A DNA stretch of 33,939 nt. It comes from Candidatus Roizmanbacteria bacterium (GTDB lineage Bacteria; Patescibacteriota; Microgenomatia; UBA1406; GWC2-37-13). The notes beneath the pieces are model-generated. The model was not told where the DNA came from and made no database searches. It saw only the letters and a program-made list of their open reading frames with translations. Where the stretch lies: positions 1 through 33,939 of the forward strand of contig JACQRR010000053.1 in NCBI GenBank assembly GCA_016206365.1. The letters are read 5' to 3'. How positions within the stretch are numbered: position 1 is the stretch's first letter; each line of letters opens with the position of its first letter. The position numbers and the translations under genes are program-made. Positions 17,594 to 25,703 of the stretch are shown here, piece after piece.

Positions 17594-18174
17594 AGACTGT
17601 AAGTGTTTAACTCATTTATGCACTGGATATATTTTTTTTGCAGATTTACATCATGTGAAAGTTGTGAAAAGTACCCCTTTGAATTGTCAAAAATAGCATT
17701 ATATAAATCATCAATAAAATTGCCAACTCCAAAGTTTAAAAAATGTATATTATGTACGATAATAGTCTTCATGTGACTATTTTGTTTTGGACTAACAACC
17801 CAACTGTATATTTCACCTGTTTTTTTATTTAATATCCTAGGTTCGCTTGTATGCATTAGCTTGTGTCTAAAAATATTCACAACTAAACCGCTCTCAAAAA
17901 CAGGATAGTTTAAAAATTTAACCATAAAACCCACCATCCTTTGAGTTTGAGTCCTGTTATCAGAACCTCGTTTAGAAGTTTCATTCCATCCGGCCCAGAG
18001 ACTTGAAAAATAATCTAATCTTGAGAGGCTATACATGATTATTGGAAAAGGGCTGGTTTGAAGATTGGATATCTCGTAATAAGCTCTTTTAAAATCGTTT
18101 CTTAATGATCTAAATCTATCTTCAAAACTTTCCTTAATTTTCTCTAATGACTGCTTATCCATATATAATTCCAC
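17590..18174 (-). CDS. Small hypothetical protein with a HEPN-like Rx4H motif
   Basis: 194-aa ORF with a GTG start. VNIFRHKLMHTSEP (R103..H108; 17851-17868) follows a helical N-terminal region. The architecture resembles the 30374..31024 product. Assignment rests on the motif only. Confidence 0.4.
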   Translation of the reverse strand: MELYMDKQSLEKIKESFEDRFRSLRNDFKRAYYEISNLQTSPFPIIMYSLSRLDYFSSLWAGWNETSKRGSDNRTQTQRMVGFMVKFLNYPVFESGLVVNIFRHKLMHTSEPRILNKKTGEIYSWVVSPKQNSHMKTIIVHNIHFLNFGVGNFIDDLYNAIFDNSKGYFSQLSHDVNLQKKYIQCINELNTYSL

Positions 18175-18332
18175 CTTTAAGGTGGGATAGGTTGTTATAT
18201 AAACGTAAACAGAACAAATTTGGTAAATTGATTAACACTAGTCAATTGTAGTTTTATTAATAAAATTGTGCCAAGAGGTCAAATAAAATTTCTGAATGCA
18301 TTTTATCAAGTACTTTTTTAAGATTTCGTAAG

Positions 18333-18827
18333 TTATTTACTTTTTGGCATACGAGACATACTTCTATCTCCCCAGATTCTCTGAAAAGATAACTGAGGAT
18401 CATTTTGTGTTCTTGTATTGACAACACCATTTAGACATATCTGTTTTAAAATAGTCCTACTACCTATAAACATATTACCTCTGAAATATTTTTCAAATCC
18501 CACTCTCGAAGTTTGAGGAATAAACTGTCCAGCAGTAGCATCAATGATTAAGTCTTTTTCTGGAGATAAAAGATATTCATGTCCATTTCCATCTTTGTAA
18601 TCGGAAATAACTTTTTCAATTGGCTTTAAAAGTTGTAAACTTAATTTCTTTGCTACTGCAACAGAGGCGGCATAACCACATCTACCGTAAATCTGTTTTG
18701 GATCTCCAGATAATACCCTTTTTCGATAGTGATCTTCTTCTGTTTGGCTTGGGTATTCACTTTCTATAATTGCTAATAGTATGTCTCCATACCCATCTAT
18801 GTCTGGAATTTCATTTTGCTCTATCAC
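18333..18827 (-). CDS. Hypothetical protein, possible papain-fold/transglutaminase-like Cys-His-Asp enzyme
   Basis: 164-aa ORF with a GTG start. GRCGYAAS (C50), GHEYLL (H83) and IIDATAGQF (D96) have spacing typical of transglutaminase-like cysteine peptidases. Assignment rests on the motif only. Confidence 0.35.
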   Translation of the reverse strand: MIEQNEIPDIDGYGDILLAIIESEYPSQTEEDHYRKRVLSGDPKQIYGRCGYAASVAVAKKLSLQLLKPIEKVISDYKDGNGHEYLLSPEKDLIIDATAGQFIPQTSRVGFEKYFRGNMFIGSRTILKQICLNGVVNTRTQNDPQLSFQRIWGDRSMSRMPKSK

Positions 18828-18995
18828 TTTTTAATTATAACAATCTATTTAATCAACCTCTTATTTCTCCCACTTCGTTCTATGAGCTACGTTAGGGACT
18901 GATTAAATCAATCTTTTATTCCTAAATGCGAAACCTTCCCACTTCGCTAAAGCTTCGCGGGATAAAGAATTAAATTAAACGCTTTCTTCTAAACG

Positions 18996-19274
18996 CTAAT
19001 CCCGAAGAGGACTTAAGATATTTTTCAAAGTTCTTTTAAGCTCTTCTTTTAATTGCTTGCGACCAAATCCACTCTTCAAAAATTTTTCTCTAGATGATCC
19101 TGAAATGGAAGATAAAATTTTAAGGTGATTATACAGAAATGTTCGTTGCGGAAAATATTTTCCTCCTCTTGCTGAAATAAAAAGGTTAGGATTAAAAAAA
19201 GAAGAAGCAAGACAAATAAATGTTTTAACGATGTTAGAAAAGGTTAGTAAAGACTTAACAAAAAGGTATAGAAA
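18996..19274 (-). pseudogene. Degenerate GIY-YIG family gene remnant (no start codon)
   Basis: The open frame has 92 sense codons between stops and no ATG/GTG/TTG near its 5' end. The C-terminal part, REKFLKSGFGRKQLKEELKRTL, matches the C-terminus of the intact GIY-YIG gene at 22289..22618. The upstream part (ARGGKYF, NPNL) matches only loosely. Confidence 0.55.
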
Positions 19275-19779
19275 TCAGGACGATAAAACAATTAGTTCAT
19301 TTCATGAGGTTTATTTAACTTACCTAGCAGAAGTGGGGTATTCAACTTATCTTGGTTTAAGTATTTGTTTAGATAAGCCGCAAAAAAATTATTTTTTTAG
19401 CAAATCCTGATAAGTCTTATAATAAAAAATTTGATGAAGATCTTTTAATTTTTTTGCGTGGTGCAACCCATATATTCTTTAATTATTGGACATATAGCGC
19501 TATTAAGCATTAAAAACTTAATTAATATTTTAGACGGCGGTAGTGAAAGAGATTGTTAGAGAAATCTAAATAGTATACTTAGATAATTTTAAGCGATTAT
19601 TATAAGTGTTTTAGAAGTTATCGCACCTTTAAGGTACAAAATTATTATTCTAAATATGGGTTTGCATAATCGTTGTTTATTCCTATTTTAAATACCAACG
19701 CCCTTTTGCGCAATTTGTTCGGCATTCAATTTTGGATATTGACATCATATTTTTTCTATGAGAGCATTAATGAAACAGC

Positions 19780-20508
19780 ATGGATAATCAAGCAATTTCT
19801 TCTTCGCAACCATTCCCAAATCAAACACAGCTACCTGTTGTTTCAAAGTCTCAACTGCCTCTCATTATAAGTGGAATATTTATTGTTGTTCTTGCTAGCA
19901 TAGGAGGATTTTATCTTGGGAAAAAACAGGTGGCCGTCACTACTCCAAATTTGAACCCCCTAAGTCCAACTACAACTAAGGTCCAAGAAAAAACAATAAC
20001 ACCTACTTTAATCCCATCTCCAGAAGTAAGTGAGTTTAAAAAAATTTCGTTTGCGACTTTTTTCACATACGAAATTCCAAAAGAATGGTACGCTGGTAAT
20101 ATATGGGGAGCTTCTTCTGATAATGGCATTATTATTGTTATCGATCCAAAACCAATCGACACTGCACCAAGAGACGGTCCATTGGGTAGATTCGAAATTT
20201 TAGTAAAAAACGGCCTACAAAAACCTGAAGCCAAATTTCAAGAAGACATACAAAAATTTAAGGACTCTGTGAATATGGAAAAAGAAGAGGTTATTCAAAG
20301 TAACGGATTTACAATTAATTATTATCGTGGTAAAATTAAGGGCCCATTTTTGCAAGGAAGCACTCTAGAACAATACTTTTTCATGATTCCAAGAACGTCA
20401 GATCCTTTAAATACCCAAGTTGTAGATGCTTCATACCTTCATCAGCCAGACGAAGATCTAACAGAACTTTTTAGAAAAGTTATTTTGAGCATCGAGAAAA
20501 TTCCTTGA
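19780..20508 (+). CDS. Membrane-anchored or secreted hypothetical protein
   Basis: 242-aa ORF. An N-terminal TM/signal-anchor (LPLIISGIFIVVLASIGGFYL) is followed by a Thr/Pro-rich linker and a globular region. No domain was recognised. Confidence 0.6.
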   Translation: MDNQAISSSQPFPNQTQLPVVSKSQLPLIISGIFIVVLASIGGFYLGKKQVAVTTPNLNPLSPTTTKVQEKTITPTLIPSPEVSEFKKISFATFFTYEIPKEWYAGNIWGASSDNGIIIVIDPKPIDTAPRDGPLGRFEILVKNGLQKPEAKFQEDIQKFKDSVNMEKEEVIQSNGFTINYYRGKIKGPFLQGSTLEQYFFMIPRTSDPLNTQVVDASYLHQPDEDLTELFRKVILSIEKIP

Positions 20509-20530
20509 CAATCTACATAAATAATATTTT

Positions 20531-20923
20531 TTAAGAAATCGAGGAAAGTAATTTTATTATTTTTCTGTCGAATGTAGCAAAATTTTCAATTTTATTCTTT
20601 AACGCGAAAGAAATATTATAACAGTCCTCAAACTCAACAGTAACTTGTCTATAAATTTCTAAGGCTTTATATAAAAGGTCTCTTTCTTCAAGTTTAAGAA
20701 AAGTCATATCCAAAATTCTTTGAATAATATCGATTTTTTCATTTTTGCTGATTTTATAGGTGCTTCCTAAAACCCACATTACCTCAAATATGACAAGAAC
20801 AGAAGTAAGCAATTTTTTTTCACCTTTGGATCCGTCCACAAATAAATCCGTAGCCTTCTTATGTTGCATACTACCATCATCAAGAAGATAGCGCAGGAAA
20901 TAATTTGTATCTACAAATATCAT
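20531..20923 (-). CDS. vapC: PIN-domain toxin (VapC family)
   Basis: 130-aa ORF starting MIFVDTNYFLRYLL with conserved acidic positions (D5, E46-like, D-x near the C-terminus). It overlaps the upstream antitoxin gene by 4 nt. Confidence 0.8.
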   Translation of the reverse strand: MIFVDTNYFLRYLLDDGSMQHKKATDLFVDGSKGEKKLLTSVLVIFEVMWVLGSTYKISKNEKIDIIQRILDMTFLKLEERDLLYKALEIYRQVTVEFEDCYNISFALKNKIENFATFDRKIIKLLSSIS

Positions 20924-21174
20924 TTTTTGTATTTTCTTTTAAAGTGCTCTTTTTTGGATTTTTTGATTATTTTTTCTAATTCTTCGTCAGTTAATTTTTT
21001 AGAAGATTTAATTGCGCCAGCTAAACTGCGTACAAGAACCTCTGCTGGGGTCAACAAAATGCTTTCGCCTTTTTTTTCAGCCAATAGATGATCTCCTTTC
21101 GCAATTCCTAATTCATTAAAAATCTTACTAGGTATAGTAATTTGTCTTTTGCTTGATATCCTTACAGTTTGCAA
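20920..21174 (-). CDS. vapB: AbrB/SpoVT-type antitoxin (VapB-like); start uncertain
   Basis: VRISSKRQITIPSKIFNELGIAKGDHLL is a SpoVT-AbrB swapped-hairpin motif. The track ORF runs to 21279 and would overlap the smpB start on the other strand. TTG at 21174, preceded by tataat, gives an 84-aa product of typical size. Confidence 0.7.
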   Translation of the reverse strand: MQTVRISSKRQITIPSKIFNELGIAKGDHLLAEKKGESILLTPAEVLVRSLAGAIKSSKKLTDEELEKIIKKSKKEHFKRKYKK

Positions 21175-21177
21175 TAT

Positions 21178-21206
21178 AGTAAGGAAATTATATAAAAGTA
21201 AGGAAA
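21178..21206. promoter_or_regulatory. Direct 10-mer repeat in the vapB/smpB divergent region (possible antitoxin operator)
   Basis: agtaaggaaa occurs at 21178-21187 and 21197-21206. A tataat (minus strand) lies between the repeats and the putative vapB start. Confidence 0.3.
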
Positions 21207-21240
21207 CATCTGTCAAGCGCAATTTGATAAAATTGGAATA

Positions 21241-21690
21241 ATGAAAATATTCAATCGTAAATTCCGGCGCGATTATCAAGAAATTGAAAAATATGAAGTT
21301 GGTATTGCCTTGACCGGTGCCGAAGTAAAATCAGTTAGAGCTGGTCGGATCAAACTTGAGGACAGTTTTGTCAAAATTCTGGGTTCAGAGGTATATCTTT
21401 TAAATGCGGAAATTCCTATCTATGAATATGCAAGACCACAAGGCTACGATTTGCGAAGGACGAGAAAATTGCTCCTGCATAAGAGGGAAATTATCCGCTT
21501 AAAAACAAAGCTTGCCTCGGCTGGTAAGTTGACAATCGTGCCTATTGCATGTTATAATAAGGCTAGTTTGATCAAGCTTGAGATAGCTTTGGCCAAAGGC
21601 AGAAGAAGCCCGGAAAAGAAAAAATTGGAGAAGGCCAGAGATGTAAAAAGACAAGAAGAAAGAGAAGCAAAAGAATATTTGAAAAGTTAA
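21241..21690 (+). CDS. smpB: SsrA-binding protein SmpB
   Basis: 149-aa ORF. N-terminus KIFNRKFRRDYQEIEKYEVGIALTGAEVKSVR...KLEDSFV, central RTRKLLLHKREI and a basic C-terminal tail are all characteristic of SmpB. It lies directly upstream of the tmRNA. Confidence 0.93.
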   Translation: MKIFNRKFRRDYQEIEKYEVGIALTGAEVKSVRAGRIKLEDSFVKILGSEVYLLNAEIPIYEYARPQGYDLRRTRKLLLHKREIIRLKTKLASAGKLTIVPIACYNKASLIKLEIALAKGRRSPEKKKLEKARDVKRQEEREAKEYLKS

Positions 21691-21815
21691 TTCCGCCTGC
21701 TCTTACCTCAAGTCTTTTCAGTTCTATTCGAACACGACTTGAGGAGCGAGCTTAGGCGGATGTAAGAAACTGTAATGCGCTCTCAAAGATTTGAGATCGC
21801 AAACAGTTTCTAACA

Positions 21816-22211
21816 GGGGATGAAAGGAATCGACGGAATGCATGCACTTTCAAAAATTGGTAGAGCGCACCTGTGCGTTAAACGGAAAAACTTTAATTGC
21901 TGACGAAAGAGATGCAATTGAAGCTTCGAGGTACAGCCGATTTGCTTTTGCGCAAGCACCAGCTTATCAAGCTTACAACTAAGCTTCCTCTGGTTAAGTT
22001 TCCCTTAGTTCAACTTAATTAAGAGATAAACCAATTAAGGTAAGGTTTTATAGGATTCCCGATGGACTATAAAATCGATAAAACCTCATCGGCTTCCCGA
22101 TCAGTTTTGTTTATTTTCTAATCGGGAAAGAGCTAAAAATAATCTATCTCTACCTAAACATTTTTAAAAAGGCCCTTCCGGACCCGGGTTCAACTCCCGG
22201 CATCTCCACCA
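21816..22211 (+). ncRNA. ssrA: tmRNA (ssrA)
   Basis: The 5' end ggggatgaaaggaatcgacgg pairs with the 3' end catctcc + acca. The T-arm is cccgggttcaactcccgg. The 3' segment ggacccgggttcaactcccggcatctccacca closely resembles canonical tmRNA 3' ends. It is adjacent to smpB. Coordinates are +/-1 nt. Confidence 0.92.
22192..22210 (+). repeat. attL-like core: the 19 nt of the tmRNA 3' end that are duplicated at 31183..31201
   Basis: aactcccggcatctccacc is identical at both sites in direct orientation. Confidence 0.85.
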
Positions 22212-22288
22212 CGTCGAACGTGGCTTTAAGCCGCGTGAGACGTGAGTCGTGTTTGACGCGGCCACGTCAATATATTTAATTTCAGCAT

Positions 22289-22618
22289 ATGGAAACGTCT
22301 GACGTTTCCGTCGCGTCATACGCGACAGATATAGCTAAATATAAATCTTCAATAAAAGAAAGGTTTTATGTATATATTTTCTACTCACTAAAAGATCATG
22401 GTTTATATATAGGATTCTCCCCAAACCTAAAAGTGCGATTAATTAAACACGCTAAAGGACAGGTAATTTCTACCAAATTAAGAAGACCATTGCAATTAAT
22501 TCACTACGAATACTCTATTAATAAAGCAGACGCCAAAGCACGTGAAGAATTTCTTAAAAGTGGATTTGAAAGACAACAACTAAAAGAAGCTCTAAAAAGA
22601 ACTTTGAAAAAAGTTTGA
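22289..22618 (+). CDS. Small GIY-YIG nuclease family protein
   Basis: 109-aa ORF. FYVYIFYS..GLYIGFSPNLKVRLIKHAKG...AREEFLKSG is the GIY-YIG core. The 25-aa N-terminal extension overlaps two hairpins (22291-22309, 22310-22327), so the start is uncertain. Confidence 0.8.
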   Translation: METSDVSVASYATDIAKYKSSIKERFYVYIFYSLKDHGLYIGFSPNLKVRLIKHAKGQVISTKLRRPLQLIHYEYSINKADAKAREEFLKSGFERQQLKEALKRTLKKV

Positions 22619-22676
22619 ATAAACTTTGTTTGCTACTGTCCACCAAAAGATTTAAATAGTTATAACAATCTATATG

Positions 22677-23780
22677 TTATTTAAGATTTGCCTCTAAATA
22701 TTGCCTGACAAAATCAGCATCTTGTTGAGAGATATTAGCAGAAACAAGTAAAGTTTCTACTTGCTGTCTTCTTGTTGCGGGGGTTTGCCCGACAGTTTCT
22801 TGAAGGATTTTCAGTAATACGGGGTACTGTTGTTTAAGATGTGGTGCGAGTGTACGCAAATCAGCTCTTCTAGTTATTTCAGCCGCTCTTTTTACAACTT
22901 CAGTTTTTAACTCATCAATATTTACACGTCCGAATCTTAAATCGCGAATAAATGCTAACTTTTTTACTCTATCGGAGTATTTTCCCTTTATATCCTTTGG
23001 TTTTATAGAAGCAATTTCTTCATCCAATTGTCTTAAAAAATCATTTTGTGACATTTCTCCTTGGTAATTTCCTAAATGGGCAACGACATACTCTTGAAAA
23101 TCATTCAGGCTTAATGGGGTCCATTGTTGGATTTCACTGGCATGCTGTCTCAAATATTCTGGAATATATTCTGAAGGCATTCTTCCTTGTGGACCAACTA
23201 AAAATCTTTCCAAATGATCTACATCTCTCGGACTAAAATCTCCTGAAGCGATTAAATCTTGAGCATAGCGAATAATCGCTTCTCGATACCGTTCTCTTAT
23301 GTCATTATGTGCTGAAAAATATAGAGGCTCTTTAATTCCACTCCATGGCCCACCTTTTCCTCCGGTATCTAGAGCGGCTAATTCTGAATGCTGTTTAATA
23401 TAATCTGCTATGAACTGGTTTTGATGAAATCTTTCAGATATTGCTGCAACATAGGGTTCGATATTCATTAGTAATGAATTTTTTGCCAAAAAAGCAATCC
23501 TATTAAATATTTCCGCATTCAAGTCAGGATCAGACATATGGTCTTCAAGATACTTTGTGTATGCATCGCCTAGTTCAATAACTTGATCTGCTTTTTGATT
23601 GAAAACATGATTCTCATTTCCTAGCTTTTGTTCAGCTAACGCTTTTTGCGTTGCCGAACTTATTTTTTTTAGTCTGGTAATAACTCTGTTTTTATCATCC
23701 TGGGGTCTTTCTGCGGCTATTTGTTGAGCTTCAGTTGCAGGATTTGGAGAACTCAATTCGGGCACAGTGGGTTCTTGCAT
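22677..23780 (-). CDS. Hypothetical protein
   Basis: 367-aa ORF with a disordered, Pro/Gln-rich N-terminus and a helical remainder. No domain was recognised. Confidence 0.6.
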   Translation of the reverse strand: MQEPTVPELSSPNPATEAQQIAAERPQDDKNRVITRLKKISSATQKALAEQKLGNENHVFNQKADQVIELGDAYTKYLEDHMSDPDLNAEIFNRIAFLAKNSLLMNIEPYVAAISERFHQNQFIADYIKQHSELAALDTGGKGGPWSGIKEPLYFSAHNDIRERYREAIIRYAQDLIASGDFSPRDVDHLERFLVGPQGRMPSEYIPEYLRQHASEIQQWTPLSLNDFQEYVVAHLGNYQGEMSQNDFLRQLDEEIASIKPKDIKGKYSDRVKKLAFIRDLRFGRVNIDELKTEVVKRAAEITRRADLRTLAPHLKQQYPVLLKILQETVGQTPATRRQQVETLLVSANISQQDADFVRQYLEANLK

Positions 23781-23856
23781 GAAATTAATACTACTATACT
23801 CTGGAAAAGTTTTCTATAAATTGTACATAAATGTTCTATCCGCAGTTAGTAAATAA

Positions 23857-23931
23857 AAGTTATAAACTTCGTCAGATATTAGTCAACGTCTGACTTCAGT
23901 CAGCTGCAGAATTGTACCTGACTTCGTTCGC
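23857..23931 (+). repeat. 75-bp direct repeat R1 (left flank of the AbiEii-like pair)
   Basis: aagttataaacttcgtcagatattagtcaacgtctgacttcagtcagctgcagaattgtacctgacttcgttcgc matches R2 at 72/75 positions. It contains several gtcag/ctgac inverted repeats. Confidence 0.85.
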
Positions 23932-23979
23932 CATCTTACATTAATAGTCTTTAAGAGCTTTTTTTGCTAGAATACTAAC

Positions 23980-24231
23980 ATGTCAGTAAACGATATCGTC
24001 AAAAATAAACCTTATCTTGCTTGGTATGTAAAAAATCCCGAAGTTCTTTCAGAACAGTCTGTACTAGAACACGTACTTAATTATGGCGACTGGGAAGATG
24101 TGCAGTTATTTATTAAAATTAAGGGTCAAAAGGAAACGGCTGAATTGTTCAAAAAATCCCTAGCCAATAAAAGAACTAATTATCTTCCAGCAATCAAAAA
24201 TTATTTTATTCGCTATTTTAATTTCTTATGA
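23980..24231 (+). CDS. Small protein, putative cognate antitoxin/partner of the downstream nucleotidyltransferase
   Basis: 83-aa ORF whose stop overlaps the next start (ATGA, 24228-24231). No domain was recognised. The role is inferred from the operon arrangement only. Confidence 0.5.
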   Translation: MSVNDIVKNKPYLAWYVKNPEVLSEQSVLEHVLNYGDWEDVQLFIKIKGQKETAELFKKSLANKRTNYLPAIKNYFIRYFNFL

Positions 24232-24839
24232 AAATCCAGGTCTTAAACGACGATCAAAAAGAATTGCTACCTTTTATTAAGTCCTTTTCATCTGATTTTT
24301 ATCTGGTTGGCGGAACAGCCGTCGCCCTTCATCTCGGCCATCGGAGATCAATTGATTTTGATCTTTTTACCGATAGCTCTTTTGATCCGGTAAAGTTCCG
24401 AAACAGAATAAATTCACTGCAAAAAATCGGGCATACATTTTCTCAAGGCGAAGGCGAACTGACCGTGCTTGTAAGAAATGTTAAGTTAACTTTTTTTCAT
24501 TATCCGTTTAAGATAGAAGGGAAAACGAATTTCGATGATACCATTACCATGCCGGATCTTATAACGCTTGGGTCTATGAAGGCATTTGCTCTAGGCAGAC
24601 GTGCCAAATGGAAAGACTATGTCGATCTATATTTTATTTTAAAAAGATACTCGTTTACTAATTTAATGAATACAACCAAGAATATTTTTAAAAATGAATT
24701 TAACGAAAAACTATTCCGCACGCAACTTGCTTATTTTGACGATATTGATTATTCGGAAACAATTGACTACATGGAAGGATTTAAGAGGAATGACGATGAA
24801 ATTAAAAACTACTTAGAAGAAATAAGCTTATCGAAATAA
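24228..24839 (+). CDS. Nucleotidyltransferase of the AbiEii/AbiGii toxin family (short form)
   Basis: 203-aa ORF. FYLVGGTAVALHLGHRRSIDFDLF matches the GGTAL..R.S.DIDxF signature of AbiEii-type NTases. Confidence 0.7.
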   Translation: MKIQVLNDDQKELLPFIKSFSSDFYLVGGTAVALHLGHRRSIDFDLFTDSSFDPVKFRNRINSLQKIGHTFSQGEGELTVLVRNVKLTFFHYPFKIEGKTNFDDTITMPDLITLGSMKAFALGRRAKWKDYVDLYFILKRYSFTNLMNTTKNIFKNEFNEKLFRTQLAYFDDIDYSETIDYMEGFKRNDDEIKNYLEEISLSK

Positions 24840-24869
24840 TATATCCAAGCTAATTTAGAGATTTTATAG

Positions 24870-24944
24870 AAGTTATAAACTTCGTCAGATATTAGTCAGC
24901 ATCTGACTTCAGTCAGGTGCAGAATTGTACCTGACTTCGTTCGC
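24870..24944 (+). repeat. 75-bp direct repeat R2 (right flank of the AbiEii-like pair)
   Basis: 72/75 identical to R1. It is followed by tattgtccacagtaaatttag, which resembles gcttgtccaccagtaaattttag at 32339-32361. Confidence 0.85.
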
Positions 24945-25003
24945 TATTGTCCACAGTAAATTTAGTTCTTTTAAATAAATTGAACTAATACAATTTCTAA
25001 AGT

Positions 25004-25693
25004 TTATACTTTTCTATTTGTCCATCTTGAATATATGGCATGAGATACCATGGTTGGTGGATTGATTTCGGAGTCAATACATGTCCAAGTATTTATTCGC
25101 CCCAGTAAAGCTAATTGGGTGATTACCGCTGGATAAAGATTTGCTATTCTTTTTAAATTTTCAATAGATTCATGATAGTCAGAAGTTGTTTTACGCTTAA
25201 CTCTTAAACTGGCAGTTTCAGGAGAAACAGTTAGTAAAACAACATCATCAACAATTCCTTTTCCGCCGACTGCTTCCACCATGGAAACAATCGCTCTAGA
25301 AGGAATACCTCCTAACCAGTAAAAATGACTCATAATCACGGAATCTATTTGACGATGTCTATCTTGAACTAAATAGTCTGGATCGTAGTTTTTAATTATA
25401 TAAGGCTCTATTACTCTTCCTTGAACAAAAATATGACTTAGAAATGCAGCGAAAAGTGCTAAAGGATTATGATGTTCTTGCCCATTTTCATAAAGCGCGA
25501 GAACTTTGGAAGCAAGATCTGGAAATAAAACTGTTTGTTCACCTCTCCGAACAACATATGAAGGTTCGCTTAACGAAGCGAGAACGCCAATACTAAATGT
25601 TTTACCCAACATACTTGCAACTGCATGAACCGTAGTAGTTTTACCAGAACCATCTATGCCAGTGACGCTTGCTTTATAAATTTTTTCACTCAT
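25004..25693 (-). CDS. Thymidylate-kinase-like P-loop NTPase
   Basis: 229-aa ORF. The Walker A motif is VTGIDGSGKTTT. A DRH...S..M segment and LLTVSPETASLRVKRK resemble the DRY and lid regions of dTMP/dNMP kinases. Divergent. Confidence 0.55.
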   Translation of the reverse strand: MSEKIYKASVTGIDGSGKTTTVHAVASMLGKTFSIGVLASLSEPSYVVRRGEQTVLFPDLASKVLALYENGQEHHNPLALFAAFLSHIFVQGRVIEPYIIKNYDPDYLVQDRHRQIDSVIMSHFYWLGGIPSRAIVSMVEAVGGKGIVDDVVLLTVSPETASLRVKRKTTSDYHESIENLKRIANLYPAVITQLALLGRINTWTCIDSEINPPTMVSHAIYSRWTNRKV

Positions 25694-25703
25694 ATTTTCG
25701 GAA

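Noticed and set aside
19231-19410. A 59-aa plus-strand ORF (MLEKVSKDL...), and ORFs 19673..19870 and 19911..20234
   Set aside because: The first is antisense to the GIY-YIG remnant and has no motifs. The second overlaps the better-supported 19780..20508 gene out of frame, and the third lies antisense within it.
20920-21279. The full 119-aa version of the antitoxin ORF, and ORF 20861..21091(+)
   Set aside because: The first 35 codons would overlap the smpB start on the opposite strand and add a hydrophobic, non-AbrB extension. A TTG at 21174 gives a normal-sized antitoxin. The plus-strand ORF is antisense to vapBC.
23860-23873. Resemblance of gttataaacttcgt to the loxP arm ATAACTTCGTATA, and of the R repeats to integron attC sites
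   Set aside because: The match to loxP is partial, with no inverted second arm at lox spacing. The integron core GTTRRRY is not satisfied (GTTATAA). No Cre- or IntI-like recombinase is present in the window.
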